From: Phoronis australis
Lineage: Eukaryota > Animalia > Phoronida
Length of the DNA: 64,000 bases
NCBI GenBank assembly: GCA_002633005.1
Contig: NMRA01000693.1
Coordinates: 62,001-126,000, forward strand
Reading direction: 5' to 3'
Shown here: in pieces, positions 22,201 through 37,200 of the stretch
Position numbering within the stretch: position 1 is the stretch's first letter
How the letters are laid out: the number at the start of each line of letters is the position of its first letter
Program-made: the position numbers and the translations under genes
The notes under the pieces: model-generated
Told to the model about the DNA's origin: nothing
Database searches by the model: none
What the model saw: the letters and a program-made list of their open reading frames with translations, nothing else

Positions 22201-25200
22201 ATCTTTAAGTAAGATCTTCAACTCAACAATAGTCTGGTTCTATTATGGGCAGAAAATAAGATGTACATAAGGCCAAACAACATAGTTGATTCGGGTCTTT
22301 AACCAGGTTCGTTTGAAACCTGGGCTCACTGACTAAAGAACAAAAAGCGATTTTGGTCATTAAACAACTAAACATGATAAGCACTTGACATGGAAATTGT
22401 TATTGGTTTATGTTCAAACAGTTAATAACTTATGTTTCAGTTTTAATACCACAGCCAATTCAGGCTAGACATGATCTATATGGGGGTTAGAGCAATTATC
22501 GAACAGAAGAGAGCTGGGCCTCCAGCCTTAAATACCACAGTGGAGTTAATGAATCATGTAAGATACTGGCTACACTGGCCAACCTGCCAACTAGTTGGTT
22601 TACTACCCAACTGAACATGATGGGGTCAATGGGAAAATGCAGTAACAAGTAAAGGGGTAAAAGAGGTAATATTGGAACACATCAACTGTAGATGGAGAGG
22701 TAAGGTATCAAATGGAGGTAAATTCTCCCAAGACCAGACTTTTAGAGACTAAGATACACTGGGTATTTAGAGACTAAGATACACTGGGTATTTAGAGACT
22801 AAGATACGCCGGGTATTTAGAGACTAAGATACGCTGGGTATTTGGAGACTAAGATACACTGGGTATTTAGAGACTAAGATACACTGGGTATTTAGAGACT
22901 AAGATACGCCGGGTACTTAGAGACTAAGATACGCCGGGTATTTAGAGACTAAGATACGCCGGGTATTTAGAGACTAAGATACGCCGGGTATTTAGAGACT
23001 AAGATACACTGGGTATTTAGAGACTAAGATACACTGGGTATTTAGAGACTAAGATACACTGGGTATTTAGAGACTAAGATACACTGGGTATTTAGAGACT
23101 AAGATACACTGGGTATTTAGAGACTAAGATACACTGGGTATTTAGAGACTAAGATACACTGGGTATTTAGAGACTAAGATACACTGGGTATTTAGAGACT
23201 AAGATACGCCGGGTATTTAGAGACTAAGATACGCCGGGTATTTAGAGACTAAGATACGCCGGGAATTTAGAGGCTAAGATACGCCGGGAATTTAGAGACT
23301 AAGATACACCGGGTATTTAGAGACTAAGATACACTGGGTATTTAGAGACTAAGATACGTCGGGAATTTAGAGACTAAGATACACTGGGTATTTAGAGACT
23401 AAGATACACTGGGTATTTAGAGACTAAGATACACTCGTCTGGATATTTCTCAAAATCGTTTTGAGCATTCTTAATTTTAGATAAACCAACTATAAATTAA
23501 CCACCTTTCAACAAATGGATTCTTTCAATTTATTGCACAAGTATACTAATTGGCAACTACATTACATGACAACAAAAAAGGATCGTTTTCAAAATAAATT
23601 GGTCTTTTAAGATAATATTACAACAGTAAATTTCATCAGGCCAAAGACATGATACTCATTGTTTCAGAAAATAAACTACAAACTGAACAATGGTAATAAG
23701 ACCATAGGACAGATAAAACTTACTGAATATGAATATAAACACAGTCAAGTCTATCTGTTCCCATCCCACAATACCTTCCTCTCCATTTCCTGTTCCATAT
23801 TCTTCAACTTCTCTTCATACATGCGTGTGACCACTACAGACTTCCAGCCCTTACTGTCCATACTTGACAGGTTAGGCCTCTTGGCCGACTCAATCTCCAG
23901 CTTTTTCTTGGTGTCCTCCAGATCCCGCTGCAGCTGTTGAACTTCGACCTCGAGTTCTTTGTTACGCAGACGTAATCTCTCATTGTTTTCAGTTTCCTAT
24001 GAAAAACATGATTTGGTGTTTCTAGCATATAGTGTACACTTTGCAACTGAAACACTCGTTACGTTTTGGCACAGGTTTTAAATAAACAACTATCGTCTAA
24101 ATAACTACAGTCTTTGTACAATTACTATTGATCAATAACCTTCTAATCTCAAATAACAGGTCAGGAATGAAATGGCTCCTTTGCCACCTATCTATTCTAT
24201 AAAAAATTAAAGATGCTATGAAGCAGCAATACGTCAGTCAAAGATCTTTTGATTCAGACCATTTACCACTAGAAAACTGGACCAGCACAGGTGAGAAGTG
24301 CTTGACACCGTGTTGGGCACATAAAACGTCCGGCAACGAGAAGCCAACCTGTTGAGCCTCGTCTCACATAATAATGAGCCACCACTTCTTTCCAAGCCCA
24401 GACATTGCTCTCAATTGCACAAATAGCACGTACAGATTAACATCGTAAGTGAAAGTGATCTAAATCAAAAGTCAGTTTTACAACGTGTTGTTTTGTTGCA
24501 GTATGGCCACACAGTTCAATTATGACCACAACTACAGCAGACATCTCAAACCTTTCTCAAGTCTTTCCTTATTCTCTCATAGTCTGTCATGATACGAGCC
24601 GTGCCCCTCTGTGTACTTTGATATCTCTCGGTTAGTGTGGCCCCCATCTTCTGTCGAAGTTCTTCCAGTTGGTCCTACAGACAGAAGAGCAGAAAAAAAA
24701 CTAACTTATGGTACATTCCACCCAATATTATAATATTACACCAGCCTGGTTCCAAGCTCAACCTAGAATCAATCTACTAACACATGAAGTAAAACTACAC
24801 GCCAATCAATAATCAAATCCGCCTACTTTCAGTCCATCATTTTCTTGCTCCAGAGCCTGCAGCTTCTCATTAGACACTATGCCAGGTGCTCGCTTTAGCT
24901 TTTCATTCTCCTGCTGTGTCCTCTCCACAACCTTCTTCAATAAGCCAATCGTCTTTTCCAGCTCCTTGTTGCCTCGCCCACTTTCACCAAGCTAAGGGAC
25001 ACCAGAACAATTAGCATAAGCTTATAAACTGACAATGCCAAGAACGCCAGTCCGGTAATTGAATAATGCAATTCTTAGGTAAATATAAATTTCATGTCCA
25101 CAAGAAAACAATCAAGTCTTCATTTTAACAAAATGGGAAGTGTGTTAATGTAGCGGAAACAAACATTTCAATTGTACACCAGTTTCAGTGGTAGTGCGAC

Positions 25201-28200
25201 TGAGGCTAATGACGACATTAAACAAAAAGTGTTCAAATACTGAAGATTACCCACCTTCCTTACACCTGGTGAAGGTAAAGTTGACGAGCGGGACGTGTTC
25301 AGGTTCTCCGCCTTCAAAACTTCCACATATCTCTCCAGGTCATCAATCCTCTCCTGAAAAAACGTTTCTGGTAAACTGACAGAAGATGAAATACAACCCA
25401 TGGAGCTGCATAAACATTCAAGTCATAACACTATTTTGCAGTGACAGACTGAGTAGCCAGCACGCCAGCTAGGGTCCGTTGAAATTCCCACACTAACTGC
25501 AAGACACTGCAGCGCATGCTTATGAAGTGGATGGAAAAATATAAGCTTCATTCATTTTATTGTGTCTGTGTTTACAAAAGAGATTCTACAGTAATGTAAA
25601 TTATATTGCAAGAAACATTCAACGTTTTAATGAACCACAGCCCAGCACCAACATGATGATATTCAATGGAAACCAGTCTCAGATTTGTCTTTAAGGACTG
25701 GATTATACCTAGTCTGCTATGCTCGCCAATGCTGATACAACTGATTTATGTTGAGCAAGATGACACCAACAGAAGTACTGTTTCAACATACAATTAGTTT
25801 ACAAAGCTTAAAAAAGATAATTTTTTTTCATTCATTTTCACGCCGTGGATGATGCTGCAGGCCAACGTCCTGTCTATGATGAGTGAACTTGTAGAGCACA
25901 CCAGACTGCACCAAATTACATTTAGTTTAATTGCCTGAGCAAGGCCTCCTACCAACCCCCCATGGGAGGATCTCACATTCCACGCTCGCATATGGCGATG
26001 GTTTCAGCATCCGCTGCGACCATTCACCACCACGGTCGTTTCAAAACCCAGGCTATAGAGGGATCCCATTCGCCACACTCATGTGCGGCAACAGGCTTTC
26101 CAAACCGCTTTGGCCAACTACCACCAAGCCCCTTTCAAAACCCAGGGGAAACACTGGTTACTGTAGTGTTGCAGTTAAACCTACTAAGTTTAAACTTACC
26201 AAGAGAGCTTCCTAACCCTATCAGTTTTACATTACATACAATCATTCAGTTGCACCGTGACAACTAGTGAAGGAATGAATTTTAAGGCTGTTTGATGTGA
26301 GCTTCTTGGGAAGTATCAGCCACACCGTCAAGCTAAAATCAGCAAGAAAAATTTATATTGAGGAAATTGGATAACAAATGATACTTCATAAAAAAGTGAC
26401 AGTAAAATCCCATCTGAATTGTACAAGTTCTGCAGGTTTCTCACCAGACATGTTTCTGCTAAAGATGTGAGTGAATACCCTCTAACCTACACCACCAGAA
26501 TATTGTTAACTAATAGCAGGGAGTAATGTTTTTGGGCAGATTTCCATTATGTTTTTGTGATTATCTCAATAATCAAATCTGAGAGAAAGCTAACCTCAGT
26601 AGGACTACATTCTCTTCAAAACAACAAACGCACAGATAGGCCTCTACATGGGAACATAATCTTGTGTGCCTCATTCTTACAACTGGATGGCTCTAACAAA
26701 ACACCACTGCATCACCCTATTTCAACACCATCTCAGTACACTGTATACTCTTTATCCAAACCATAACAGGAAAACACTAGGAGCATCGTAATAAACCCTG
26801 TCTCACCTCAACCTCTGTGATTTCACTACTTCGTTGCCCACTCCTGTAACTACCATGCCTAAAGGACATCCTACACTTTGTATTCCAGCAAAGGCTCGGC
26901 TCCCAGGACAGAGTGTGACTGCTCAAATATTACAGAATCTGTCCAAGGGGCTAGAATAGACTGTCTCCTGGTTAAACTGAGTGTCCATTCATTCAATACC
27001 CCACAATAATCCCTTCTCCTAATCAATAGTCAATACTCAGCATGACCCATTTTAGTATTGTGAGGGTCTCTTTAATCAAATATTTACAATGACTGCTCAA
27101 AGGCATTCTATAATTTGGCACAAAATAGAACAAAATTGTAAGTGGAAGTAAATAATAGCCCATTACATTATTTTGGATTTAACTATGTTAGTAAATGGTC
27201 TTACTCTTATACACTAATCTTGAGTTCATAAAGAAGCATAAACTTTCAAGTAATTTTCGAGTAATTAAACAATCACTTTAAGTGCATGGTGCATACTAAT
27301 TTTAAAAGAATGCCTTAGAATTTCTGTCTGCTAACTTCAAAAAAATTAAAGAACATTTTATATGGACTTAATAGCGACGTATGATCATAATATTTTTATC
27401 ATTATATCAAAATAATATCTGAGCATGTCACAACGGCAGATAGCCGTGATGCAATACCAGACATGCTTTTATCACCAATGAGAATAATACTATTACCCAC
27501 TTGTGCTATATGGACAATAAACATGATAATTAGATTTGGACTGAAACTGGAACTACTTTTACTGAACTAGAGAGAAGCGTTGATTGCGTCGAGTAATGAG
27601 AACTCCTCAAATGCTTCCATGTGAAAAACGTATTCCTGCAGTAAAATCTACGACCATGTTGCAACAAGGAAAGAAAGTGCAATCATGGAGAGCTGCAATC
27701 AGACCTGAAGACATTTGAGCTGGCAATTATCAAAATCGGAGACCCACATTAAGCCGTGATATTGTACTTTGTTGTGGCTTGATGCACAACCGAGTAGAAT
27801 GTATTAGAGACACAACTTTGAGGGTTACTGGTTGATGCAAATTTAAGTAACATGTTCAAGATAATTATTACTTTTTATTTACACAAAAATTAAAGTACCC
27901 ATTACTGTGGAGACACAGGATTGCGGCTTGCTGGCTTCACCCACCAACAGTCTTAGGGTGACTTTTTTGACCTAGCAAGCCTCAACTTAAATCAATTAAT
28001 ATTCATACGCTAGGCTCCACCTACCAGCAGGCTTGGTTACTATGTCTTTCTTGGCCTCGCAAGCCTCAAATTCAACCATTAAATATTCATTTTCTAGGCT
28101 CCACCCAGCGAGCTTGGTCATTATATCTTTTTTGGCCTTGCAAGCCTTAACCTCAGGGCTTAGAATGACCCATGACAAAAAAGAGGAAATTTTTTACTGC

Positions 28201-31200
28201 CCCAAATACACATTGCAATCTAAACAAGCATACCTCAACAGATCAAAAGTAAACATTATTATCACAAGATGCCCTGTAACTGTGTAGGGTTGGCAAAACG
28301 CACTTATCTTCAGCAGTATCTGACATCTATTTCAGCAACAACAATTAGATGCAACAAAAAATATTTTTGTTAAAATTAAAATGATAAAGAGAGTGATACA
28401 AAATTTGCAGAGTGAGTGACAGAAGCTTATTCTTGATTTGCTAAAGGCAGACTTAAAAAATTATTTTCAGTTCTTATAATTACAATATAAAATTATAAGA
28501 AAAATTTGAAAATCAATCCAGAGATTAACTGGAAAGCTGAAAATTTATTCCTTGCCTTTTACACTTCCCCTCCAACCATGCATTAAATCTTTTAAGTATA
28601 TGTTGTTACATAACAGAGTGTATACTAACTCTTTGTTATATAAGATGAAGATTGTTAATTCAGATAAATGTCCCTATTGTAATCTAGTACAGAGTACTGA
28701 ACACATGTTTTTCCTTTGTGATGTAGTGCAAAGATTGTTGATTCATGTTCAGGATATTTTGACATCTTCCCTTAAGGAAGAAGTCAGAATAACCAAAAAG
28801 GAAAGCATGTTTTGCCATTTAGGTTCTGAATTCTTCCTGTTGATTAATTATGTTATCACTATCGCCCAATATTTTATTTATTTACGTAGCCAACAGCACT
28901 TGCATCCAGATTGGTCTGCCCTTAAAATATTCATGTCAAAATATATTAAAATTTCAATAGTTAATTTTCAAAAACAAAAAGAACCGGACAATATTAATAT
29001 TAAAATATGGGAGAGCCTCAGTGCTGCCATGCAATGAATCTGTAATATCTGTAATATACTTAACTCATATATTGTTTAGTGGTATTATCATTAAATAATG
29101 AAATGTGTGAATGAGTGTGCGAGTGTGTGAGTGAAAGTCCTTGCCCCTTTTCCTTGTTCACCCTTTCACCCTTTAAAAATTATCAATGTATATTATTGAA
29201 GAATAAAATTATGAAAAAAAAAACTGGAAAGCCTGAAATACATACCGATTTAATTCCAACAAAAAATTTAATTCCAAGGTAAATGGAAAAAAGTCAAGAC
29301 GAAAACCTGTGATTCATACCCAACTATTAGCATGGAAGAAATGAAAGTCAAAAACAACATACTTTAAAATATAGAATACATCAATTACAATTCTAAGTTG
29401 GCCAAACTTTTCAGTTTCAAGCTCAAAATTACAGTAATTGCAGGAGTAACACTGGTGTAGAACAAACTATGTGACATAAGAAATAACTACAAAGACACTC
29501 AAAATAGGCTGGGAGAATTTGTAAACAATGGCTTAGAGCACTCAGATCATTCAGAACCTGTCACGTGACCGGTTTTCTCTTGAACTGCAAAACTCGAGCC
29601 GGTCAAAATAAGACTTTTTAACAATATAAGACATGAAAAATGTCAAAATAAATAGGAATACATCAACGGCAATTTAAAACACATTTGTCGTAACAAAAAT
29701 AGCCCCGTTTCGGCGGCACGTAGAAAATCGGACTCGGGCCTAGCAGTAGCAGCCAACTTGGCAACTGCCGGCATAGCCCTGGATGCCCCAGGCATACAGG
29801 GGCGATAGTGCATCCCCACAAAAAGTTATGAATTTCAAAAAAATACAGAAAAATATAATCAAAAGAAACATGCATGCACCTGGAGTTTTAATTAACACAT
29901 ACCATAAGTCTGGAGACGATTCAGTCAAGATAATTTGAACAAATCAATAAAAATCTGTTGCGGTTTGCTCGACTTTCTCTGACCAGGAGCCATTTTGAGG
30001 AAGTTACGAGAAATCATGCATGTTGACGAATAAAAAGTCCAACGGAAGCAAATCTTACAAATTTCACACGATACCTTTCCATGCTATTTTGCAAGAGTCA
30101 CGCGCCAGCGTCACGCACTTCTCTCAGTCTCACACTAGCCTTTGCCTAACTCACGTGACTCAGTTGAAATATTTTGTGGTTATCGTGCGTGTGGTGAAAA
30201 AGTTAACGGTGACCAAAAAAGTGGAGTTGGAATTCTTCACTAAAGTCACGTTAATTATCGCAACTAAGCTTCATCAAAGATATGTGTAGAAAGCGTTTAT
30301 CTTTCTTTAATTTGTTTCATCGTTTTCAGGTGGTCCTCCGCGATTTGGCCACGCATGCCGTAATTGTCCCTCTGTCAAAGTTTACAGTGCGCAAACCCTG
30401 ACTTTTGTTGTTTGCGAACACATTGACAGTTTCTATTATCTACTTTTCCACGAAATATTCTGTCTACTCCAAGCTCCATGCATTTTTGGCCACATAATTG
30501 AACTATCTGTCATCACGATTTAATACCATAATGCAGACGTCATTGATGAACCACGCTATCCCTGGTACCCTGGCAATTACGATTTTCGTTCCTCCGAAAA
30601 ATAAAGAGCAGTTTCTGCTTTTCGAATCGTCGGCAATGCCGCGGTTAGAACCCAATATGCCGTGGAAATTTTATGGAAAATCCAATTTTTTTTCCGCATA
30701 GATATAACAAAAATGCGCGGAGGGAATAAGAGAAAATTAAAAGCGGAAATCCGCGTTTCCGCGGAAAATTCCAAGCCTTGTAACTCCACTCACCTTCAAT
30801 CTTGGCATGTCTTTCTTGGCCTGGCTTGCCTCAAACCTCAGCTCAATATTTTCTTCCGTAAGTCTAAGAACTTGTTTCTGCAAGTTGTCATCTTTTTCAA
30901 ATGGCTTCGAAGGCTCAGAAATCTTTTCCTACAATTTTAACACCAAAAAAATGCAATCACTACCAGCTCGGCCACCAAAATTCTTGACAAAAATTGCAGT
31001 CAATTTCTTCAATCATTCGGATTTTGCTGTAACTTCAGATGAAACCTAACAACTGACAACTTTCCATTTTCCAAGAACAATTACGTGAGCACCACAGACA
31101 TCAACCCACCGTTACTCCCATGGTTCTCCTGGCAAATCCTCGCTCCAACTCATCCAGTTTCTCAGACAGGTACTTGTTGCGCAGTTGGACCTCCTCCAAG

Positions 31201-34200
31201 GTTGCATCACGTGCAGCCAGCTGCTTCTTCAGCTGTGACACCTGAAAATAGGGAAAGCCTGGTGAAAAAACTGCGACGTGTGAACGATAGGATTTTCGTT
31301 AACTATGACACTTGAAAAAAGAGTTAAGCAGGTGATACAAAATTCTTAAACTGTAATACATAACTAGGGAAAAAAGTCTGATAACAGGAATATCTTAAAG
31401 TAAGACATAATTACTGGAAACATCATACCTCAGGAATGGGTGGTTGAATTTAAATCAGACTACTTCAGAAACAGTTTATGCACAGTTATCTTAAATGCTT
31501 ACTGTTTTTAAAATGCTTCTTTGGATAAGGTACCTACGAAATCACAGCAGAAGGAAACCGCAAAAGTAAAACTGAATACTTGCATCAAAAGAAACTAGGT
31601 CAAAAGTTATGTTATTGATCTCACTGCTTTTTTTAGCAAAACGTACCTTTCGTTTTTGCTAAATTTCTAAAAAGGGTGGTAATAGAACCGCTTTTTTCTA
31701 GTTTTATAAAAAATACCGTAAAAGAGACCACACGTAAGGCAGATTAGCAATCCAATATTAAGTGATATACTGCACTTCGTAAAGACAGTAAGTTAAGAAT
31801 TCGTTTTGCAGCTATTTGGCTGAATGCAAACTTGCCAAGGTCACTCATAACACTCACTCAAATCAGACTTAGAAATACTCACTTTACACATGGCACTCAA
31901 CAGTATTCAAACAACATATCACAACCAACCATATTTAGACTTAAATCAAGCTCAGTAGTATTCACTCTAGACATGGGAGTCAACAGAACAAGAAATTGTT
32001 GTCAACAGTAGCTACACATGACATATCCCCTACCTCCTCAGCCAGGTCATAGTTGGTCTTCCTCAAGTCTTGTATGGTCTGGTCCTTGTCCAGGCGTGTG
32101 AAGGCCACTGGGAAATGGCCAGTGCCTTTATTGACCGCCTTCAGGCGAGACTCCAGATTCTCCTTGTCCTTGTTGGCTCTGCAACAGACAGCACAGCAGG
32201 TGGCGTGAGAGTAGCCGAGGTGGGGGACTGCTTCAAAGAAGACTGAACTTGACTAACACACAATTCATGGCTACTTTGTTGAAAAATTTAGAAGTTGCAG
32301 ATTTGCAGAAATTGAGGTTTGTTCTCAATCTTTGATTTTGTCAGTGTCATTTATTACCTATGATGAGTCCTTTAAGACTTTCTACACCCAACAACAAAGT
32401 GTGACCTACCAACGCCCTTACAACCCATGACCCATCTCCACAATCTGGCAGACACACCATCATTGCTTGGGAGTCACGACTCATAGATTCAATAAAAGCT
32501 CATCAGGTGCCCATTTCCATTTCTCGTAACCTTTGAACGATTCACGAGACCTACAAACTAACTCCCAACAGTCCAATAAATTTAACATGACATATAGCCT
32601 ACAATCCTTCACTTTAAAAGTTCCAATGACCCATCCTATGTTCACTCGTAGCTCATGACCCGTGATCTGCCTCTGATGACCGATTACTTACCGCTCATGA
32701 GCATTCTTCAACATCTCATTCTGTCTTTGTAACTTCTCCAGGTCAGCATCTCTCTCCTTAAGTCGACTCTTCAGTCTGTCCATCTGTCTCTGCCACTTTT
32801 TACTTTCTTCCCATCGAGCCACCATAGTCTCAGCAAGCTGAATTACAGTCAAAATTAGGGTTTTCAACTCTGGATGAGAATGCATTACATTTCCTGGTTC
32901 AGAACAGGACCTGTGCCATCTCTACCATCAATTCAAAATTCACTTCATTTGGAATTTATATCAGACATAATAAGTGACATGAGAAAAAGGGAAAGAGGAG
33001 ATAGCCGGAGGGATGGGGGATGGAGAGGGAGGGGTGGGGGAAAGAGGGNGGGACGAGAATTTGAGACCCTGGTTGTTCCATTTTGAAAAACAAAGAATTA
33101 CGCTTTAGCAAACGTTGAAATTCCATTTCTTTTCCACTTGGTAAATTTGCAACTTTGGCAAAATGATATGGCAAGTGCCTTTACTTTTCCGCTGAATCAT
33201 GCAATGGCTTTGTCTATCAGATAGCTTGCTGTACACTACGCTTACTGTTTTTCAAAACTGAAAAAAACAGCACGACCTCCCGTAAAAATGCTCGATATGA
33301 GGCCAAAATTGTTGAATTTGACAGAATTTATTCGTAATAATTGGAAAACAACCAAAAATATCAGAATCATGAAATCTACGACTACTGAAATATGTAAATT
33401 GAATTCCAATCTCTAATTTTGTGAATGAACTCAAATTCTGTGAATTCCATCTGTTTTCCATTATCACAGAAAACCAAGGTCTCTATGGAATAGTGGGAAG
33501 ATGATTCAAAGCTGGGCGGGCCAAAACCAACCTTTTCCTCCTTCTCTGGCTGTATGGCTTCTTCAAATGGTTTCTCAGCTGGCTGTTGACTCTTCTTCTT
33601 CAATTCATCCTCCAGAAGTCTTACCTTGCGCTTCAATTCCTCATTCTCTGGATCAGCAGTCTTCTGCAAATTAAGAACAAAGTTTAACCAGAACTACGAA
33701 GTCCCTACAATGATGCAGGATGAGCATACGTCAACCTGACCAATCACAGCATAGTGTCATTACAGCTCAACATAATCAACCAACCAAAACTTAGCTATGT
33801 TATCAACCAATCATAACTTAGCTATGTTATCAACCAATCATGACTCACCATTGCCTTTGCTGTTGCCAACCTTGAGTGCTTTGCCTCTAGTTCCTCCACT
33901 TCTGTCTCCAATTTCTGTTTGTCATCTTTCAACTTTCTCACCTGAGATTCCCTCTTACCTAAACAGCAACATTTATTCAATGATTTATAAGTGAACTAAA
34001 ACAACTTCTGAAGTAGGAAGCATTCATTTGACATGAATGTCAAAATAAATTTTGAGGATACCCATAATTTGTATATTGGATGAAATCACTAATTAACACC
34101 ATGAAATCATTTTTGAAAATGGATTGTTAAGAAACTTTCTGGGTAGGATGTAGCTTGAGGGAGGTAAACATGTAGAACATTCAAGACTGCAGGTACTGTA

Positions 34201-37200
34201 AAAACAATCAATGAAGAGTTTTCATTCAACACCCAACCTCTACTGGCCCTGGTACGCACCTCGCCTAACGCCTGGCATTTCACGAATCAGAATCATTTTG
34301 AATTTCAGTTGATGACAAGGCCTAAATAAGCCAAGGAAAACTCACTAAAAATTAACTATTAAATGCTTAAGCTTGAAATACCAATAGACGCAGAGAACAG
34401 AGTCTGTACTTCTCAACACCAATTCACATTGATTAATAAATGAAAAAGATCACCATTGTTGTGAAAAGCATATTCCTAGGATGTTGAATCATTTCAATAA
34501 ATGCTGTACTTTACCTTAGTTAATAGAAATCCTTAAAATACACTGGCATTTCATTATTGATAAAGGGTCCAAAATTGGAGAATAGATTGATTTCATACTC
34601 AGGTCGGACTTGAGTTCTTCCATTTCCGTGGCAACTGTTGCATCTTTATCTTTCCTCTTCTTAAGTTCTTTCTTAGCCTTCTGCACCTGAGATTCAAGGT
34701 CCTCAACTTGCTCCTGAAATTAGTTTCAGCATTATTTGAAAGGTCAGATAAGCTCAACGTGTGTTTAGGCACCAGGAGTCTACTACTAATAGTTGTTTTA
34801 CACAATAGAAAATTCAAGTTGAAAAAATTGGCATTATCGTAAATTATGAAACAACCTCCAATGAAAAGAAAGTCAATATTTTTACAAAGCCTACCCTTAA
34901 TAAGTATTTTGCACCATCTCCTTATTATAAGGAAACAAAACGAATCAGAAAATTAGCATAATTCTGACCGCAAATATAATCCCATCTCCACAAATTCACA
35001 ATTTACAACTAAGTGACAAACGTTCCAATTACCTGTAGTTCTTTGGTTCTACGATCCACGGTCTTCTGGACATTTACTTCAGCCTCGGCCTGGGCGGCGA
35101 AGGCCTTGGCATGCTCCTCTGCCTGAACCAACATCTCTGAGCGAAGGTCGGACAGAGCTTTACTTAATGACTGCAATAGAAGACACTAATTGAAATAATG
35201 AAAACTGAATTATTAGTAATCTTGCAAAGCGCCCACTGCAAATCCTCCTGACACCTATTTAGTACAAAAGGTGAAATCTATTTTGTCAACTTTCTGAAAT
35301 AAAACTAAAGTTTGAGAAATATTGGTCTATCATTGAATTCGTTAGCACTGTGGAGATGTCATAAAATAAATTGGTTGGTAACATTTTACATACTATATTT
35401 CCACCATCATGAAGGTAATCAGGGTTTGAACAAGCGCAACGCGAAGTGTTGAAATGCACCCACGAATGCACCGCAAACAGTGTGCTTCTAGGGGTGTTTA
35501 TTTGTTTCATAAAAATGGCCACTAGATCTGTTTTTGCTTCATATAAACACAATTTAAATTTAATAAAGATCATGCAGTGTGTTTAGGAGATGCAGCTATG
35601 GGCGCAAAACAAAACTACCACTAGGAGGCGCCACGGTAGTCAAAGTCATTATCGTCAACCGTCCTCTTCACACTGAGAACATATACGCCAATTTTCAAAA
35701 TCATCCTTATAATGGTTTGGTTGATAGAGGGGTGGACACCAAACACAGACCTGAAAACAGCAAAAATGGCCACTAGGTGGCGATAAGTACCTCGATTCCA
35801 TCCAAAGGCGAGAGGATAGCATCATCTCACCAATACATGCCTATAACTACAAATTTTCTGAAAATCCCTTGAGGACCTTTGAAGATACAGAGGTAAACCT
35901 AAAAAACTAAACTTGCCACTAGGGGGCGCACCGGTACTCAGATCCGTCCGAAAGTTGTCATTTATTGTAAACATCATATATTAAATACATTTGCTAAATT
36001 TAGTAAAGATCCTGCAAACGGTTCAGGAGATACAGCCATGGGTGCAAAAAAACAAAACTGCCACTAGGAGGTGCCACAGTGGTCATTCCTCAGAAAATCA
36101 TCGTCAGCCATCCTCTTCATAGTAAGAACATACAAGCTTATTTTGCAATCATCCTTAGAGTGGTTTGGTTGATAGAGAGGCAGACGGCAAAAACAAACTT
36201 AAAAATAGTAAAAATGGCCACTAGATGGAGCAAATGCCTCGAATCCATCCCAAAACGGGAGGATAGCGTCATCTCATTACCACATTACCTATGTGCCAAA
36301 TTTCATGAAAACCGGTTGAGGACCTTTGAAGATACAGACTGAGGCAGACGTAAAAAAACAAAACTGCCACTAGGGGGCACAGCGATATTTGGGTCGGTCC
36401 AAAACTCGCGCCTTCTGTCGTCAACCCTATAGGAAAACACCTACCCTAATTCAATACAATCCTGCAAGGGGTTTAGGAGATACAGCCGTGGACGCTGGAC
36501 AGAGATGACGGCAATATGCATCCACATATGTCGCTGCATAAATATAAATTAAAAACCTGCTCTTTGAGAAAAATTGGTGGGGTACTTCAAAACTTATACT
36601 GTTGCCAAAGCGCTTTCATTCAACCATAGGAATGTTCACTTTCTGCACAGCTTGACTAACAGAAATACCATGATGCTTCTGACAAATATTTCACATGATG
36701 AACTATTTAACATTCGTTTAAAGATATTAACTGAAAACAAATCCATGTCTCGCCCCCATTTTCAACACATACGAGACATGCAAAAACACCATAAAGTCCC
36801 CTGTGGAGTATTTTTCAAAAATTGTCCAAGGGAGCTTTTTCCTGTAAATTTTAATGGAAATCAGCACTTTCTGAGGCTACTTATGCTAAAGCTAAATATA
36901 TTTTTTGAAATTAAAAAATAAGCAGGTAGGAGAATTGCACACCTCTTAACTTTTTTTCTTGCATAATAAGGGACCTTGTGACGATTGAAAAGAAAATAAT
37001 ATTACCCATAGTCTTGGAACAATGAACACAGGATGTGAATACGAAGGGCTCAAACCCTTAGACTGCAAAAAAACTACAGTTTAGACGTAGGTACATTTCA
37101 GACTTCCAGATGATAAACCTGGTCGCTAGCTAATTCTCAACGAATAACTTGATTGTCAGAATGCATGACTATTAATTACACTAAGCAGATTTTCAAACTT

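Noticed and set aside
22741-23435. CRISPR-like regular repeat array
   Set aside because: Units are contiguous with no unique spacers, there are no cas genes, and the context is a eukaryotic intron; it is a minisatellite.
25950-26225. Repeat-like segment with tttcaaaaccc and cctaaccct words (telomere-like)
   Set aside because: Only a single ctaaccct word and no array; unclassifiable repeat remnant.
29561-29571. CLEAR/TFEB motif gtcacgtgac as an autophagy regulatory site
   Set aside because: Lies 27 kb from the GABARAP start, in a repeat-rich CEP290 intron; a single palindrome is not evidence of function.
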